Shown: positions 28,919 through 39,108, counted from the stretch's first letter. The stretch is 64,000 nucleotides of DNA from a virus (IMGVR_UViG_2933279956_000001:39805-103804), one strand, 5' to 3'. Notes: generated by a model from the sequence alone, not told the origin. Program-made: numbers and translations.

Positions 28919-29281
28919 TCAGCGGCCGTACGGCCAGTTGCCGGGGCCGTGGATGCGGATCTGCGCCTCTTCGGCGGCAGTGAGCACGTGCGTCAGGAGC
29001 TCGTCGACGCCGTCGAGGTAGCTGCGCAGGAGGCGGTGCCAGCCGTCGAGGATGAGCGGGCTGCCGTGTGTGCCGGGGACGGGGACGGCGATGAGGGGAA
29101 CGGTCAGATCCACGGTCTTGGCGTGCTCGCGGTCGATCGCAACGAGCGCGCCGAAGCCGCCCCACTCGGCCGGCTTCACTCGGCCGATCGGCACGCGGTC
29201 GGCGACGATGTTCTTCGCCGCGGAGACGTCCCAGGCGTACGGGCCCCAGTGGAAGACCTCGCGCCGACGAGTCGCGATCAT
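28919..29281 (-). CDS. ParB/Srx-like N-terminal domain protein
   Basis: VDLTVPLI...LILDGWHRL. Confidence 0.55.
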   Translation of the reverse strand: MIATRRREVFHWGPYAWDVSAAKNIVADRVPIGRVKPAEWGGFGALVAIDREHAKTVDLTVPLIAVPVPGTHGSPLILDGWHRLLRSYLDGVDELLTHVLTAAEEAQIRIHGPGNWPYGR

Positions 29282-30019
29282 GGCTGCTCGGGTGGGCTGA
29301 GATACCGAACGATGGTGGCTGCCCACTCCGGCCGGAGCTTGCTGTGAGCGGTGGTGAGGTAGGCGTGAGGGTCGGCGGGCTGATGGCCGTTGAGCTCGAT
29401 GTCGGCGATCGCGCTCTGCTCGCGGATGTGGGCGAGGTGGTTCCGGAAGGACTGCCAGTGCCCCTGCTCCAGGGTGGCCAGGGCCCGGCCGAGATGTTCG
29501 ATCATGCGGGAGATGGCGATGGCGGACAGCGCTTCGCGCTCTGGTTGTGCAGCGCTACGGTTCATGTCGTCGCTCCGGTGCCGGGCGGGTGGCGGATCTC
29601 GGCGGCGTTCACTCGGGGCTCCGGTAGGTCTCCTCGACGGCGTCCTGTAGATCGCAGATGAGCGAGACCGCCTCGTTGGGGGTCAGGAGTGTGCCGGGCA
29701 GGTGCAGTTGGACGCTGGCGCCGGTCCAGGCGGCCATGCCGTTCTTGGATTTCAGCCGTTCGCTTGCGCCGACCGGAGGTGCGGGACGGTCGGCGCAGCA
29801 GGTCACCCACCCCTGCAGCAGGGTCTCGGCGAAGTCGCCGCGCACGTGGAGGATGAGGCCGCCGTCTTCATCGCGGGTGAGGGCGAGAAGGTTGATCCGG
29901 GTATGGCCAGCACCTTCAGGATGATTGGCGGAGATGAGGGGGACGGCGCTGCCGTAGTGCGTGGCCAGGTGCTCGATCGCCTGGACTGCGCCGTGGACAG
30001 TGGTCAAGTCGAATCGCAT
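29278..30019 (-). other. two hypothetical genes (29278-29565, 29609-30019)
   Basis: Natural ORFs in a minus-strand operon. Confidence 0.5.
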
Positions 30020-30081
30020 CGAATGGGATCCTTCGGAAGGAGCAGGCGGCTGCGCCGTTCGGAGCAGCCGCCAAGAGGGGG

Positions 30082-30801
30082 TTAGCGCAGCGCGGCCCGG
30101 GGAGCCGTACCAAGGCGAGTGCCGCCGATGTCGGCGCGGGCGCCGGCCTCGATGCCGCTCAACAGGCCAGCGGCATCAACCGGCGACTTGATGTCACGGA
30201 ACTTCGGGTAGGCGTCGCTGAACATGCGGCTGACGATCTTGTCGCGGTCGAGCAGGGCGATCGTCGTGCTGGTGCTCGTCAGTTCGGCTTCGTGCCTGGC
30301 CCGCTGCTCAGCCTCTGCGATGCGTCGGGCAGCCTCGTCGGCGAACCCAACCAGCCATGCATGCCGGAACGCGCGCGGACGCCGGTGCCCTGCGGGAATG
30401 GGCTGCCGGTGCAGGCCCGTGAACATCTGCAGGAGCAGACTCGTGTAGAGCAGTTCGGCACGCTCCATATCGGAGCTGAAGCCGAACACCTCGACCTGGG
30501 ACGGCCGCCCGCTCCGGCCGCTGCCGAGGACGAGGCATTGGCAGCGGAGCGCCTCGGCGACTCGATAAATGAGACGGATCTGTTCGTTCGCCCATGGGTT
30601 GTAGGCGGAGATGATGCGGCGGTTGGGCTTGTCGCTGTCGGGATGCAGGTGTCCAAGTTGGGCGCGCTCGATGCCGTACTTGGCCATGAAGTAGGCGGCC
30701 TTCTCCATGAAGGTTTCGCGCTCGCCCTCGTGCGTGGTGCTTTCCGCCTGGGCAAGCAGCCTGCGGATGCGATCGAGGGTCTTGTCGGAGGCTGTGGTCA
30801 C
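30082..30801 (-). CDS. DUF2786 domain protein
   Basis: LDRIRRLLAQAE...E.E.F..KA..FMAKYGI; FGF.SD....ELLYTSLL.Q; FR.AWL.GF. Confidence 0.85.
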   Translation of the reverse strand: MTTASDKTLDRIRRLLAQAESTTHEGERETFMEKAAYFMAKYGIERAQLGHLHPDSDKPNRRIISAYNPWANEQIRLIYRVAEALRCQCLVLGSGRSGRPSQVEVFGFSSDMERAELLYTSLLLQMFTGLHRQPIPAGHRRPRAFRHAWLVGFADEAARRIAEAEQRARHEAELTSTSTTIALLDRDKIVSRMFSDAYPKFRDIKSPVDAAGLLSGIEAGARADIGGTRLGTAPRAALR

Positions 30802-30865
30802 GGGCTTCCGTTCTTGGTGTGGGATGGCCGCGCCGGGGTTAGACGAGGCCGGGGATGTGCGGCGG

Positions 30866-31471
30866 CTAGTGACGGGTGGCGTCGCGGTCCTCGTCGGTGA
30901 AGCCGCCGCCGCGGGTGATGGTGCGGCTGGTACGCGTGAGCGTTTCCTCGGTGCGGTCGGTGCCGTAGTGGAGGGTGTTGCCTCGGTCGAAGCCGAGGCC
31001 TCCGGCGACGGTGAACGTGTCGGGAGCGGCACCAAGGTAGAAGAACTTCCAGCCGCGCTTGGTCTGCTCCTCGATGAGGTGGCGGATCTGGGTGCGGGAG
31101 CGCCATTCCTGGGAGGCGTTTTCGGCGCCGTCGGTGAGGATGACGACGACGGTCTCGGCGGGCTGCTCACCGTCAGGCATGGCGTCGAAGTGGGCGCGCA
31201 TGTCGGTGACGGTCTTGCCGATGGCGTCGAAGAGGGCCGTGTTGCCGCCGGGGTGGAGGGTGTAGTCCACGACGTCGGCGAGGGCCACGTACTCGTAGAC
31301 GGGGCCGTAGTGGTGGTCGAACTCGTAGAGGGAGACGAGGGTCTCGCCGGGGGCGTTGTGCTGCTCGGCGAGGAATGCTCGCAGGCCGCCTTCGGTGTCG
31401 GCCTTGATGGGGTACATGGAGCCGGAGCGGTCGAGGATGACGGTGACCTGGCGGCGGGTGGGGTGAGGCAT
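30866..31471 (-). CDS. von Willebrand factor A (vWA) domain protein
   Basis: MIDAS DRSGSM, TALFDAIG, ILTDG.EN.S.E. Confidence 0.88.
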   Translation of the reverse strand: MPHPTRRQVTVILDRSGSMYPIKADTEGGLRAFLAEQHNAPGETLVSLYEFDHHYGPVYEYVALADVVDYTLHPGGNTALFDAIGKTVTDMRAHFDAMPDGEQPAETVVVILTDGAENASQEWRSRTQIRHLIEEQTKRGWKFFYLGAAPDTFTVAGGLGFDRGNTLHYGTDRTEETLTRTSRTITRGGGFTDEDRDATRH

Positions 31472-31824
31472 GAGCGGTTCTCCTGACGTTTAGCTTTGGA
31501 AGCATTTTCGCTTCCGACAATGATGCTCTGCGATTCGGGAGGTGCGAGGGAAGACACTTCAGTCTTTCAAAGGTCGTAGTGATTTCGCAACAACCATCGC
31601 GGGTTCTTCTTTGCGCGCTCTACGGTGTGCGAGCGGACCGGTACTGGAGGGAGAGCGCTTCGAGCTCCTGGTTGCTCTGCGGTGATCCTGGGACGCTTGG
31701 GAGGGGGTCAGGAGTACTCGACAGCGGTAAGGAAATCGCGAAATCGCTCTCGTGAGGTTGCGGAAAACCGAGAAACGTGGCATCTGTTGTCCCACCAGCA
31801 CCCACGGCGGAGGCCCACAACCCG

Positions 31825-32352
31825 ATGTCTGCCAGCAAAAAACCGGCACAAGACCCGGCCAAAGCCGTCCTCTTCCAAGAACCTGGCGTCCCCGACTCCC
31901 CGCCAGCGAAAGCGCCATCATCACCACGCGACAAGAAGCCCATCCCACCACGCCGTCTCAAGGGCGTCACGACCCGCTACCCCTTCACCGTCCGCCTGGC
32001 CCCCGAGGTCAACGACCGCCTGACCCTCGCCTGCCAGAAGCTCGGCATCGGCCCACAAGGGGCCCTCGAACAAGCCCTGACCGAATGGTTCGACAAGAAC
32101 GGCATCCCGGACGACCTCCGGCTCGCCCCGCCCGGCAAACGGCCGGCCCGCCCTCGCACCCTGAAGCCTCGCACATACAGGAAGGGCGAGGGCAAGGACG
32201 AAACCGAGGAGCCCAGCATCACCGTGCGACTGCTGCCGCTCACCGACGCTCGCCTCACCTACGCCTGCCTCAACCTGCCGATGGGCCCCAAGGACCTCGT
32301 CGACAACGTCCTCAAGGTGTTCTTCATGCGGCACCAGATCCCGCGGCCGTAA
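31825..32352 (+). CDS. tandem ribbon-helix-helix-like protein upstream of parA
   Basis: Two internal repeats FTVRL.P....RLT.AC..L..GP / ITVRLLP..DARLTYAC..L..GP. Confidence 0.6.
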   Translation: MSASKKPAQDPAKAVLFQEPGVPDSPPAKAPSSPRDKKPIPPRRLKGVTTRYPFTVRLAPEVNDRLTLACQKLGIGPQGALEQALTEWFDKNGIPDDLRLAPPGKRPARPRTLKPRTYRKGEGKDETEEPSITVRLLPLTDARLTYACLNLPMGPKDLVDNVLKVFFMRHQIPRP

Positions 32353-32365
32353 CCGCGCAGCGCCT

Positions 32366-32390
32366 GCGGTGATTACGGCGTAATCACCGC
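32366..32390. promoter_or_regulatory. palindrome GCGGTGATTAC-GGC-GTAATCACCGC (parS candidate 1)
   Basis: Perfect 11-bp arms between the RHH gene and parA; core recurs three more times. Confidence 0.65.
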
Positions 32391-32604
32391 CGTGTCGATC
32401 ACGCGGATCTGCCGCACCGGGCGGCTATGCTGGGCCACGACTTTTGCGAAGAGTCCGCGAGAGGGCCGTCACGGCGACGAAGTGGCGGCCTTCTCGTGTT
32501 TCCCGACAGCGATGTCCGTGGAATCCCCCGCCACCCTCTCTAGGATGGCCAGTGCGTCCCAGCCGCCTGCCGGGCCGCGACTCTTCGCAGGAGGTACCCG
32601 AACC

Positions 32605-33447
32605 ATGTCCACCCCCGGCCACCGCCGATCCAAGCGGATCGCGATCGCCAACAACAAGGGCGGCAGCGGCAAGACCGCCATTACCGTCAACCTCGCCGCG
32701 GCCTACGCCGAGCAAGGGCTCGACGTCCTGGTGGCCGAGATGGACCCGCAAACGAATGCCGGACGTCGCCTCGCCCACCAGCCAGACCCTGCCCGCCCCA
32801 CCATCTCGGAAGCCATCAAGGCTGATCAGCAGGGGTGCGCCGGTGATGCCTTCGCTGACATCGGCTGGCCGGAACCGTACTCCGACCGAATCACGTTGCT
32901 GCCGTCCCGCGACGACGTGGAGAACCGCGTCCTCGAGGCCGCCGAACTCGGCTCGGTGCTCCGGCTCGGCAACGCTCTCGACGGCGCCGATGACGACTTC
33001 GACTTGGTGCTCATCGACTGCCCGCCCAACCTTGGGCACCTGACGCAGATGGCGCTGTCGGCCGCCGACTACGCCGTGGCGGTCATGGACCCCGAGCTGG
33101 ACGGCATCAGCGGCGCGCTCAAGCTAGGCGGCTTCGTCACTGAGAAGCGGCGTCTGCTGCACAACCCGAACCTGGCCGTGGCCGGGTACATCGTCAACCG
33201 GCTCGACATGCGCGTCGGCGCGCACTCCTTCCAGGCCGAGGAAGGCATCCCGGACGAGTTCGGCGACGCGCTCATCCTGCCGTACATCAACGAGCGGGCC
33301 GTCATCAAGGACGCCGCCGACAACGCCCCGCCGGTGCCGGTCCGGCTCATGGGCGGCCGAGGTCCGGAGGTCGCCGACGCCTTCAAGGCTGTTTCCAAGG
33401 AACTTGCGAAGCGGATCGGGCTCAAGCTGCCCGCCGAGGTTGGATGA
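32605..33447 (+). CDS. parA: ParA-family partition ATPase
   Basis: Deviant Walker A KGGSGKT, DPQ.N, LIDCPP. Confidence 0.93.
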   Translation: MSTPGHRRSKRIAIANNKGGSGKTAITVNLAAAYAEQGLDVLVAEMDPQTNAGRRLAHQPDPARPTISEAIKADQQGCAGDAFADIGWPEPYSDRITLLPSRDDVENRVLEAAELGSVLRLGNALDGADDDFDLVLIDCPPNLGHLTQMALSAADYAVAVMDPELDGISGALKLGGFVTEKRRLLHNPNLAVAGYIVNRLDMRVGAHSFQAEEGIPDEFGDALILPYINERAVIKDAADNAPPVPVRLMGGRGPEVADAFKAVSKELAKRIGLKLPAEVG

Positions 33448-33448
33448 G

Positions 33449-34537
33449 ATGGCAGTTCAGAAGACCCGCGGTCGCGCGGGCACGGGCGCGGGCACGCTGA
33501 AGGCGAACCCTGAAACGGTTAAGGCAGGGGACCAGGCGGCCGGCGTGGAAATGGTCGAGGCGCCGCGGTGGCCGACCAAGGTCAAGATCTCGGACCTGGC
33601 CGACAACCCCGACAACCCGCGTGAGAAGCTGCGCCGCCTGGGTGAGCTGGCACGAACGATCGAAGAGGTCGGGGTTCTGCAGCGGCTTGTGGTCATCCCG
33701 CGCGAGATCTGGCTGCGGGCCAAGCCGCACCACGACAAGCCAGAGACGCAGGGCGGTATCGGCGACAAGCCATACGTGATCCTGATCGGGCACCGCCGAC
33801 GGCACGCCTCCGAGATGGCCGGGCTGGAGGAGGTGCCGGTCGACGTCAAGGAGGACGTCGCCGAGCAGTCACGCCGCAACGCGCTGATCGAGAACCTCCA
33901 GCGGGACGACCTCACTGTCATGGAGGAGGCGCGCGAACTCGACAAGATGATGCGCGAGGACGAGATGTCCCAGCGTCAGGCGGCCACCACTCTGGGCAAG
34001 AGCCAGGGGTGGGTGTCGCAGCGGATCTCGCTCCTCAGCCTCATTCCGGCCCTGCAGGTGGCCGTCGACGACGGCGAGCTGAAGATCGAGGACGCGCGCG
34101 AGGTCGCCAAGCTGCTGCCGGAGCTGCAGCAGCTCCTTGTTGACGGCGGTCTGGAGCTGGCGGTCGCGCGGGAGATCGCGAAGCTGCCCGAGGCCGAGCA
34201 GCTCGCGGCCGACCGTACGGCTCCCGCTCCGGCACCGGAGCCTGCGCCGTCGCCGGCTCCGGTGCCGGAGCCGCGTGCGGAGGCAAACCCCGCCGCGCCC
34301 CGGCCGAACGGGAAGAACCCGCAGCCGCCCCACGATGACGACGGCCTCGACGAGGCCCTCCGGTTGGAAGCGGCCGCGAACACGATCGCCAACCTGCGGG
34401 TGGCCCGGCGTGTGGTGCAGCACCAGCCGGACAAGGCGCTGGCCATCTACCGGACGCTGCAGGATGTCCTGGAGGAGATGCGCACGGACCTGGAGGGCGC
34501 CGGGCTCCTTGAGCGTCGCGAGGCTCCGGCGGAGTGA
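33449..34537 (+). CDS. parB: ParB-family partition protein
   Basis: NPDNPR, GVLQ, GHRR, ENLQRDDL, HTH (SQRQAA..LGKSQGWVSQ). Confidence 0.92.
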   Translation: MAVQKTRGRAGTGAGTLKANPETVKAGDQAAGVEMVEAPRWPTKVKISDLADNPDNPREKLRRLGELARTIEEVGVLQRLVVIPREIWLRAKPHHDKPETQGGIGDKPYVILIGHRRRHASEMAGLEEVPVDVKEDVAEQSRRNALIENLQRDDLTVMEEARELDKMMREDEMSQRQAATTLGKSQGWVSQRISLLSLIPALQVAVDDGELKIEDAREVAKLLPELQQLLVDGGLELAVAREIAKLPEAEQLAADRTAPAPAPEPAPSPAPVPEPRAEANPAAPRPNGKNPQPPHDDDGLDEALRLEAAANTIANLRVARRVVQHQPDKALAIYRTLQDVLEEMRTDLEGAGLLERREAPAE

Positions 34538-34828
34538 CCGCGCTGCTTGAACAGGAACGGCGACCATTCGGGACCTGAAGGGATCTAGCCCCATGCGCAT
34601 AGAGAACGTCCTCGGCATAGAGGTCGTCCCCGAACCTCCCTGCGACCCCCATGCCGGCCTCTCGTGTGCCGACGGGAATGAGCCCCTCTGGGACGACCTC
34701 GATCAGCAGGCCGCTACGCGACGGACTCCACCCCGCGAGCGATAGACGAGATTGCCTCGTGCGTAGTGCCTGGAGGGCGGCGCAGCGTGTGGCTGCGCGC
34801 CCTCCGCAGGTCGAGGGGAGCGGAGACG

Positions 34829-35935
34829 TCAGAACTTGGTGGTGGCATCCACCTTGGCCACCGCCCTGATCTGCTGCTCTGTCTTGCCCTGTATCCTCCG
34901 CAGGTCCGCGCCGCGCAGATCCGCGTCGCCCAGTTCCGTGCCGCGCAGATCCGCGCCCCTAAGGTCGGCGTCGCGCAGATACGCGCCGCGCAGATGCGCG
35001 CGACTAAGGTCCGCGTCGCGCAGATCCGCGTCGCCCAGATCCGCGGCGCCCAGGACCGTGCCGCGCAGATCCGCGCCCCTAAGGTCCGCCTCGGTCAGGG
35101 TCGCGCCGCCCAGGTAAGCGTCGTACAGGTTCGCGTCGTACAGGTTCGCGTCGTACAGGGTTGCGCGGGTCAAAAGCGCAGAGCGCAGGTCCGCGCCCAC
35201 CAGGGTCGCGCCGGATAAGTTCGCGGCGCGCAGGTCCGCGCCCATCAGATGGCAGCCGGTGAGATCGACCCCAGGCCAGTCCACCCAGGCGAGCTGAGCC
35301 GAACGAAGTGATCGCCTATGCGAGGGATCGTTGATGACCATGCCGAGGACGCGCACTGCGTGGGCTTCGTCAGGGCCAGGCTGCCAGCCGGACTTCGGCG
35401 GCTCGGGCGCTTCCCTGGTCGGCTGGTAGTCGTGTTCGAGGATGAACGCCACGACGACGTCCTCGATGGTGGTGGCATCGGCTGGTGAGTCCTTAGCGAT
35501 GCGTGCCAGGGCGTACAGGCCGCCGATACGGACCTCGACCTTGGTGGAGCCGAGCTGTTCGACGGCCTTCGCATACCGGTCAGTGATCTGCTGCTGCTGG
35601 GTGGAACGCAGGGCCTCCTGCCCGGTCTCCCAGGTGCTGGCGGTGTAGATCAGACCGCCAGCGGTGAAGAGCAGGCCGACGAACACGCCGACCGCGGTGA
35701 AGTGCTGCCAGGGGCGTTGCTGCCGTGCCTGGAACAGTTCCATGCGCTTGTCGACCGGGAGGGCGTCGTACTCGGTCTGGGTGGGCGGGTTGACGCGCGG
35801 GCCTCGCTTCGGCGGTTCGCCGGCTTCCGGGTTCGCCGGCGGGTCGGCGCGTGCGATGCGTCGGGCCTTGGCGCTGGTCGCCGCGGCGACCACCTCCCGC
35901 GCGGGGACGTGGCCGCCCATCTGATGGCGTGGCAT
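34829..35935 (-). CDS. membrane-anchored pentapeptide repeat protein
   Basis: TM helix, DRYAKAVEQLG...RIGGLYAL, many ADLRG repeats; start uncertain. Confidence 0.88.
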   Translation of the reverse strand: MPRHQMGGHVPAREVVAAATSAKARRIARADPPANPEAGEPPKRGPRVNPPTQTEYDALPVDKRMELFQARQQRPWQHFTAVGVFVGLLFTAGGLIYTASTWETGQEALRSTQQQQITDRYAKAVEQLGSTKVEVRIGGLYALARIAKDSPADATTIEDVVVAFILEHDYQPTREAPEPPKSGWQPGPDEAHAVRVLGMVINDPSHRRSLRSAQLAWVDWPGVDLTGCHLMGADLRAANLSGATLVGADLRSALLTRATLYDANLYDANLYDAYLGGATLTEADLRGADLRGTVLGAADLGDADLRDADLSRAHLRGAYLRDADLRGADLRGTELGDADLRGADLRRIQGKTEQQIRAVAKVDATTKF

Positions 35936-36257
35936 ACCGTGATTTCAGCCGCTTCCGCCCGGCCCCGCGAGCGGTTTGCCCACTTCGAGACCAGCAGGTT
36001 GCGAGCGGCGTTTGGTCAGGCCCACGGGCTGAGGTCGACCTCGGGCCCTGGAGCGTCTGGTCCGCTGGGGCGGGCGCGACGCGGACGCGCGGGTGCAGAC
36101 TCGGGGGCGGGCGGGAGGCGGACGTCGAGGTAGCGCTGGACCTGCAAGCCGCCGCCACGGCGGGCGCGGTCGCCCGAGTCCTCGACGATGGTCATCACGG
36201 CAGCGATGAGCGCAGCGCCCTGCTCTGCCTCCTCCGGGGTACCGACCAGGCGAATCT

Positions 36258-36830
36258 TCACACGGTGCTCCTACGGTGAGGGGGGTTCGGGGTGGCGGGG
36301 AGGGCCAGGAGGTTAGCCAGCCAGGTGGGGCAAGCGGCCATCGGAGCGTCGTACTCGATTACGTACGGCCTGCCGTCGACGATGCTCCCGGGGCCGACGA
36401 GGTAGCCGCCGCGGCCGCCGCGACCCGGGCCGCGGGTGTCGATGCCGGGCCCCAGCGGTGAGCGCGGGTGGCGGCCGGCGGTGGAGCCGATGAGCACGCC
36501 AGGCGGCACTTTCAGATACAGGTGCAGGCCCTGCGACGGGGTGCGGACGGTCAGCGTGTCCGGCCACGGCTGGCCGTACCGCTCGCACCAGGCGGCGAAG
36601 CGGGCGATGCCGTTGACGCCGGGTTCTTTGGTATCGAGGTCGATGCCGAGCACGGTGCTCTTCCAGCAGCCGACGCCGACGTTGTCGCCCGGCCGCCACG
36701 TCTTGGCCAGGACGTCGGGGTCGGTGATAGCGGCCTGCTGCCAGCCCGGCGCGTAGACGAGTTTGCTGCCGGGCTGCAGGGCGAAGACGGCCAGGCCGCG
36801 GGCGGCGGCCGCAAGCGGATCGGGGTACAC
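36258..36830 (-). CDS. bifunctional DNA primase/polymerase N-terminal domain protein
   Basis: VF.L.PGSK, NVGV, GIDLD, TPS.GLHLY, GIDTRG..GY.V.PGS. Confidence 0.85.
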   Translation of the reverse strand: MYPDPLAAAARGLAVFALQPGSKLVYAPGWQQAAITDPDVLAKTWRPGDNVGVGCWKSTVLGIDLDTKEPGVNGIARFAAWCERYGQPWPDTLTVRTPSQGLHLYLKVPPGVLIGSTAGRHPRSPLGPGIDTRGPGRGGRGGYLVGPGSIVDGRPYVIEYDAPMAACPTWLANLLALPATPNPPHRRSTV

Positions 36831-36832
36831 GC

Positions 36833-37528
36833 TCAGTCCTCGCCGTCGATTCCGTAGCAGTCGCAGCTGTAGCCGTCCGGGACCCAGCCGCCACATTCGC
36901 CGCACGGGTATCCGGCTTCGCCGCCGGTGGCCTGGTAGTAGCGCTCGTTGGAGATGGTCGGCGGGTCGTGGGGGCGGCGCAGCTGCGGGAAGGCCCGCAG
37001 GTGCGCTTCGGCGCGGGCGACGTCGGCCGGGCTCATGATGGCGTGCGCGACGACGTCGCCGGCCCAGTGCTCGGGCGTGGACACTGGCGGGGCGCCGCAG
37101 ATCGGGCAACCGGGTGTGTGGCAGGCGTGCCAGGCGTAGCCGTCCTGGCAGACGTCGGTGGCGCAGTCGTCGTCGTGCGGGCAGTGCGGCCCGTAGATGC
37201 GGGGCTGGTCTTCGGTGGCCGGGGCGGGTGGCAGCGGCTCGCTGGTCAGGTAGCGCTTGAGCATGGCGATGGTGAAGGCGACGTGCTCGCGGGCGTTGTC
37301 CTCGGTCACGGTGATGCCCGCGGCCTGCTTGTCGGCCTGGACCAGGCGCACGAGCTCGTCGAGGTCGCCGATGGTGAGCACGGCGGCGGACCGCGCGGGG
37401 GTGGGCGCGGAGGGGTCCGCGGTGGTGGTGCGGGCCAGCAGGGTGGCGCGGGCCTGCTGGTAGGACACGCCTTCCTGGGCGGCCAGGGCGCGGGTGTCGC
37501 GGGTCAGCTTGCGGTTGTCCTTCGGCAT
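36833..37528 (-). CDS. hypothetical Cys-containing protein
   Basis: RALAAQEGVSYQQA N-terminal motif, Cys clusters. Confidence 0.55.
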   Translation of the reverse strand: MPKDNRKLTRDTRALAAQEGVSYQQARATLLARTTTADPSAPTPARSAAVLTIGDLDELVRLVQADKQAAGITVTEDNAREHVAFTIAMLKRYLTSEPLPPAPATEDQPRIYGPHCPHDDDCATDVCQDGYAWHACHTPGCPICGAPPVSTPEHWAGDVVAHAIMSPADVARAEAHLRAFPQLRRPHDPPTISNERYYQATGGEAGYPCGECGGWVPDGYSCDCYGIDGED

Positions 37529-37788
37529 CGGGTCTCTTCTCCCGGCAGGGCGCGGCCCACGTCTGGCCCCGCCGACAGGAAAAGGGGACCGCCAGCGGAA
37601 AGGATCATCTGCTGCGCGGAGTCTGCGACCGGCCCAGCAGGGCCGCCCGCCCGGGGGCGGGGTCTTCACCGTCGACGCCCCGGCCGCGTGGGCGGCTTCC
37701 GAGGCTCGGGATGGCGGGCGCAACCGCCACAGGTGACGGTACATCAGCCGGCCGACAATATGCAGCCCTGTCCAGGAAGCCGCCCCGG

Positions 37789-37807
37789 GTGATTACGCCG
37801 TAATCAC
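37789..37807. promoter_or_regulatory. GTGATTAC-GCC-GTAATCAC (parS candidate 2)
   Basis: Perfect core match to 32369-32387. Confidence 0.6.
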
Positions 37808-38026
37808 TTCTTGGGACGGCGCGGCCTGGGCGGCCGCCGTTCGACGCCCTCCGCCCGCCGTACCGCGGATCTGGATGCCAGCGCGTGAAGGGCGGCCACG
37901 GTGGTTTCGAGTTCCTCGGCCAGGACGCTGGTCGGCCGGGTGTCGTTGGCGTACAGGTCCATGGCGCGGACGAACCACTCGTCGTACTCGGCTTGTCGGC
38001 GGCGGCGCTCTTCGTCGTCCACGGGG

Positions 38027-38461
38027 CTACTCGTACTCCTCGGGGTCGGCGATTTCACGGACGTGCAGGGGCTCGTCCAGGGCGTCGGACGGGGCGTGCC
38101 AGTAGGTGGCTTGAAGGGTGAGGATGGGGCAGATCGATACGTCGGCGATGGCGGCGACGTGGGCGTCCCATGGGGTCAGGCCGGTGCGGGAGATCATGTC
38201 CGCGAGAGCGGTCGCCTGATCGGCTCCCTTCAGCGGGGCGACGGTGACCTGTGGCAGCAGGTCGAGGCTGGCCAGCAGGTCGTCGCCTTCGTCGGTGCGG
38301 GCGTCCAGGGAGGCGCCGGTGATGGCCAGCGCGGACACGATCATCGGCTGTCCCTGGGCGTCGAAGGCCTGGACGAGGCCGATGAGTTCGGCGTTGCCGC
38401 GGGCGATCTCGGACAGGACGCCGGTGTCGAAGATGTAGGGGGTTGGCTTGAAGGGGATCAC
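38027..38461 (-). CDS. PIN-domain (VapC-like) protein, possibly degenerate
   Basis: YIFDTGVL, WDAHVAAIA, PILT. Confidence 0.75.
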   Translation of the reverse strand: MIPFKPTPYIFDTGVLSEIARGNAELIGLVQAFDAQGQPMIVSALAITGASLDARTDEGDDLLASLDLLPQVTVAPLKGADQATALADMISRTGLTPWDAHVAAIADVSICPILTLQATYWHAPSDALDEPLHVREIADPEEYE

Positions 38462-38736
38462 TGGTCGCGCTGGCTCTCCACGTGGGCGATCATGCGCGCG
38501 ACCTTGGCCTGGTCGGCCTGGGCGGCGCGGGCGTGGAAGAGCTGGCGGCGGCGGCGACGGGTGTGCATGTACTCCTGCATCGCCTCGTTGAAGACAGCTG
38601 AGGCCGAGTCGGCCTGGCCTCCGTCGACCTGGCGCTCGACGAACGTCTTCACTTCGGGATCTATGGTGATGGTCACCTTCGGCTTGCGGGAAGCGGTCTC
38701 GTCGCCGCCGCCCGCTACCGGATCATGCTGAGTCAT
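38458..38736 (-). CDS. RHH antitoxin-like protein
   Basis: KVTITIDPE...V..G...S.SA..NEA; overlaps the PIN start. Confidence 0.7.
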   Translation of the reverse strand: MTQHDPVAGGGDETASRKPKVTITIDPEVKTFVERQVDGGQADSASAVFNEAMQEYMHTRRRRRQLFHARAAQADQAKVARMIAHVESQRDQ

Positions 38737-38775
38737 ACTCGGATCATACCCACATGGTGGCGGGTTGCCACGCCA

Positions 38776-39108
38776 TCACGAGGCCGCCTTGTGCTTCTCC
38801 TCCTTGGCTTTCGCGTGCCGGAGCATGCCGTTGGCTTGCACGGCCCGTGCAAGGTCCGGGCCGGGCAGGAAGACGGCTTTCCACTGGTCGTCGATGCGGA
38901 ACGTGGTGCCGTTCGGGCTCTTGACGTTGTGGGCGGGCACGTGCCGGTGGAGGAAGGTTCCCCATTCGCCGAGCGACACGCGGTGACCGTTGGCGACGGC
39001 GCGCAGGATGCTCCGCAGGACGATCCTGAGCGTGCGCGTGGCGTCGTCATGGTCTTGGTTCAGGTCTGCGGCGATGTCGGCGATCAGCTCGTCACGCGTC
39101 ACGGTCAT
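38776..39108 (-). CDS. HU/IHF-family DNA-binding protein
   Basis: TRDELIA.IA, G.RV.L..WGTF, P.G, F.PG..L. Confidence 0.8.
   Translation of the reverse strand: MTVTRDELIADIAADLNQDHDDATRTLRIVLRSILRAVANGHRVSLGEWGTFLHRHVPAHNVKSPNGTTFRIDDQWKAVFLPGPDLARAVQANGMLRHAKAKEEKHKAAS

Noticed and set aside
34890-35250. DNA tandem repeats (also 58930-59170) as non-coding elements
   Set aside because: Fully explained by in-frame pentapeptide repeat coding
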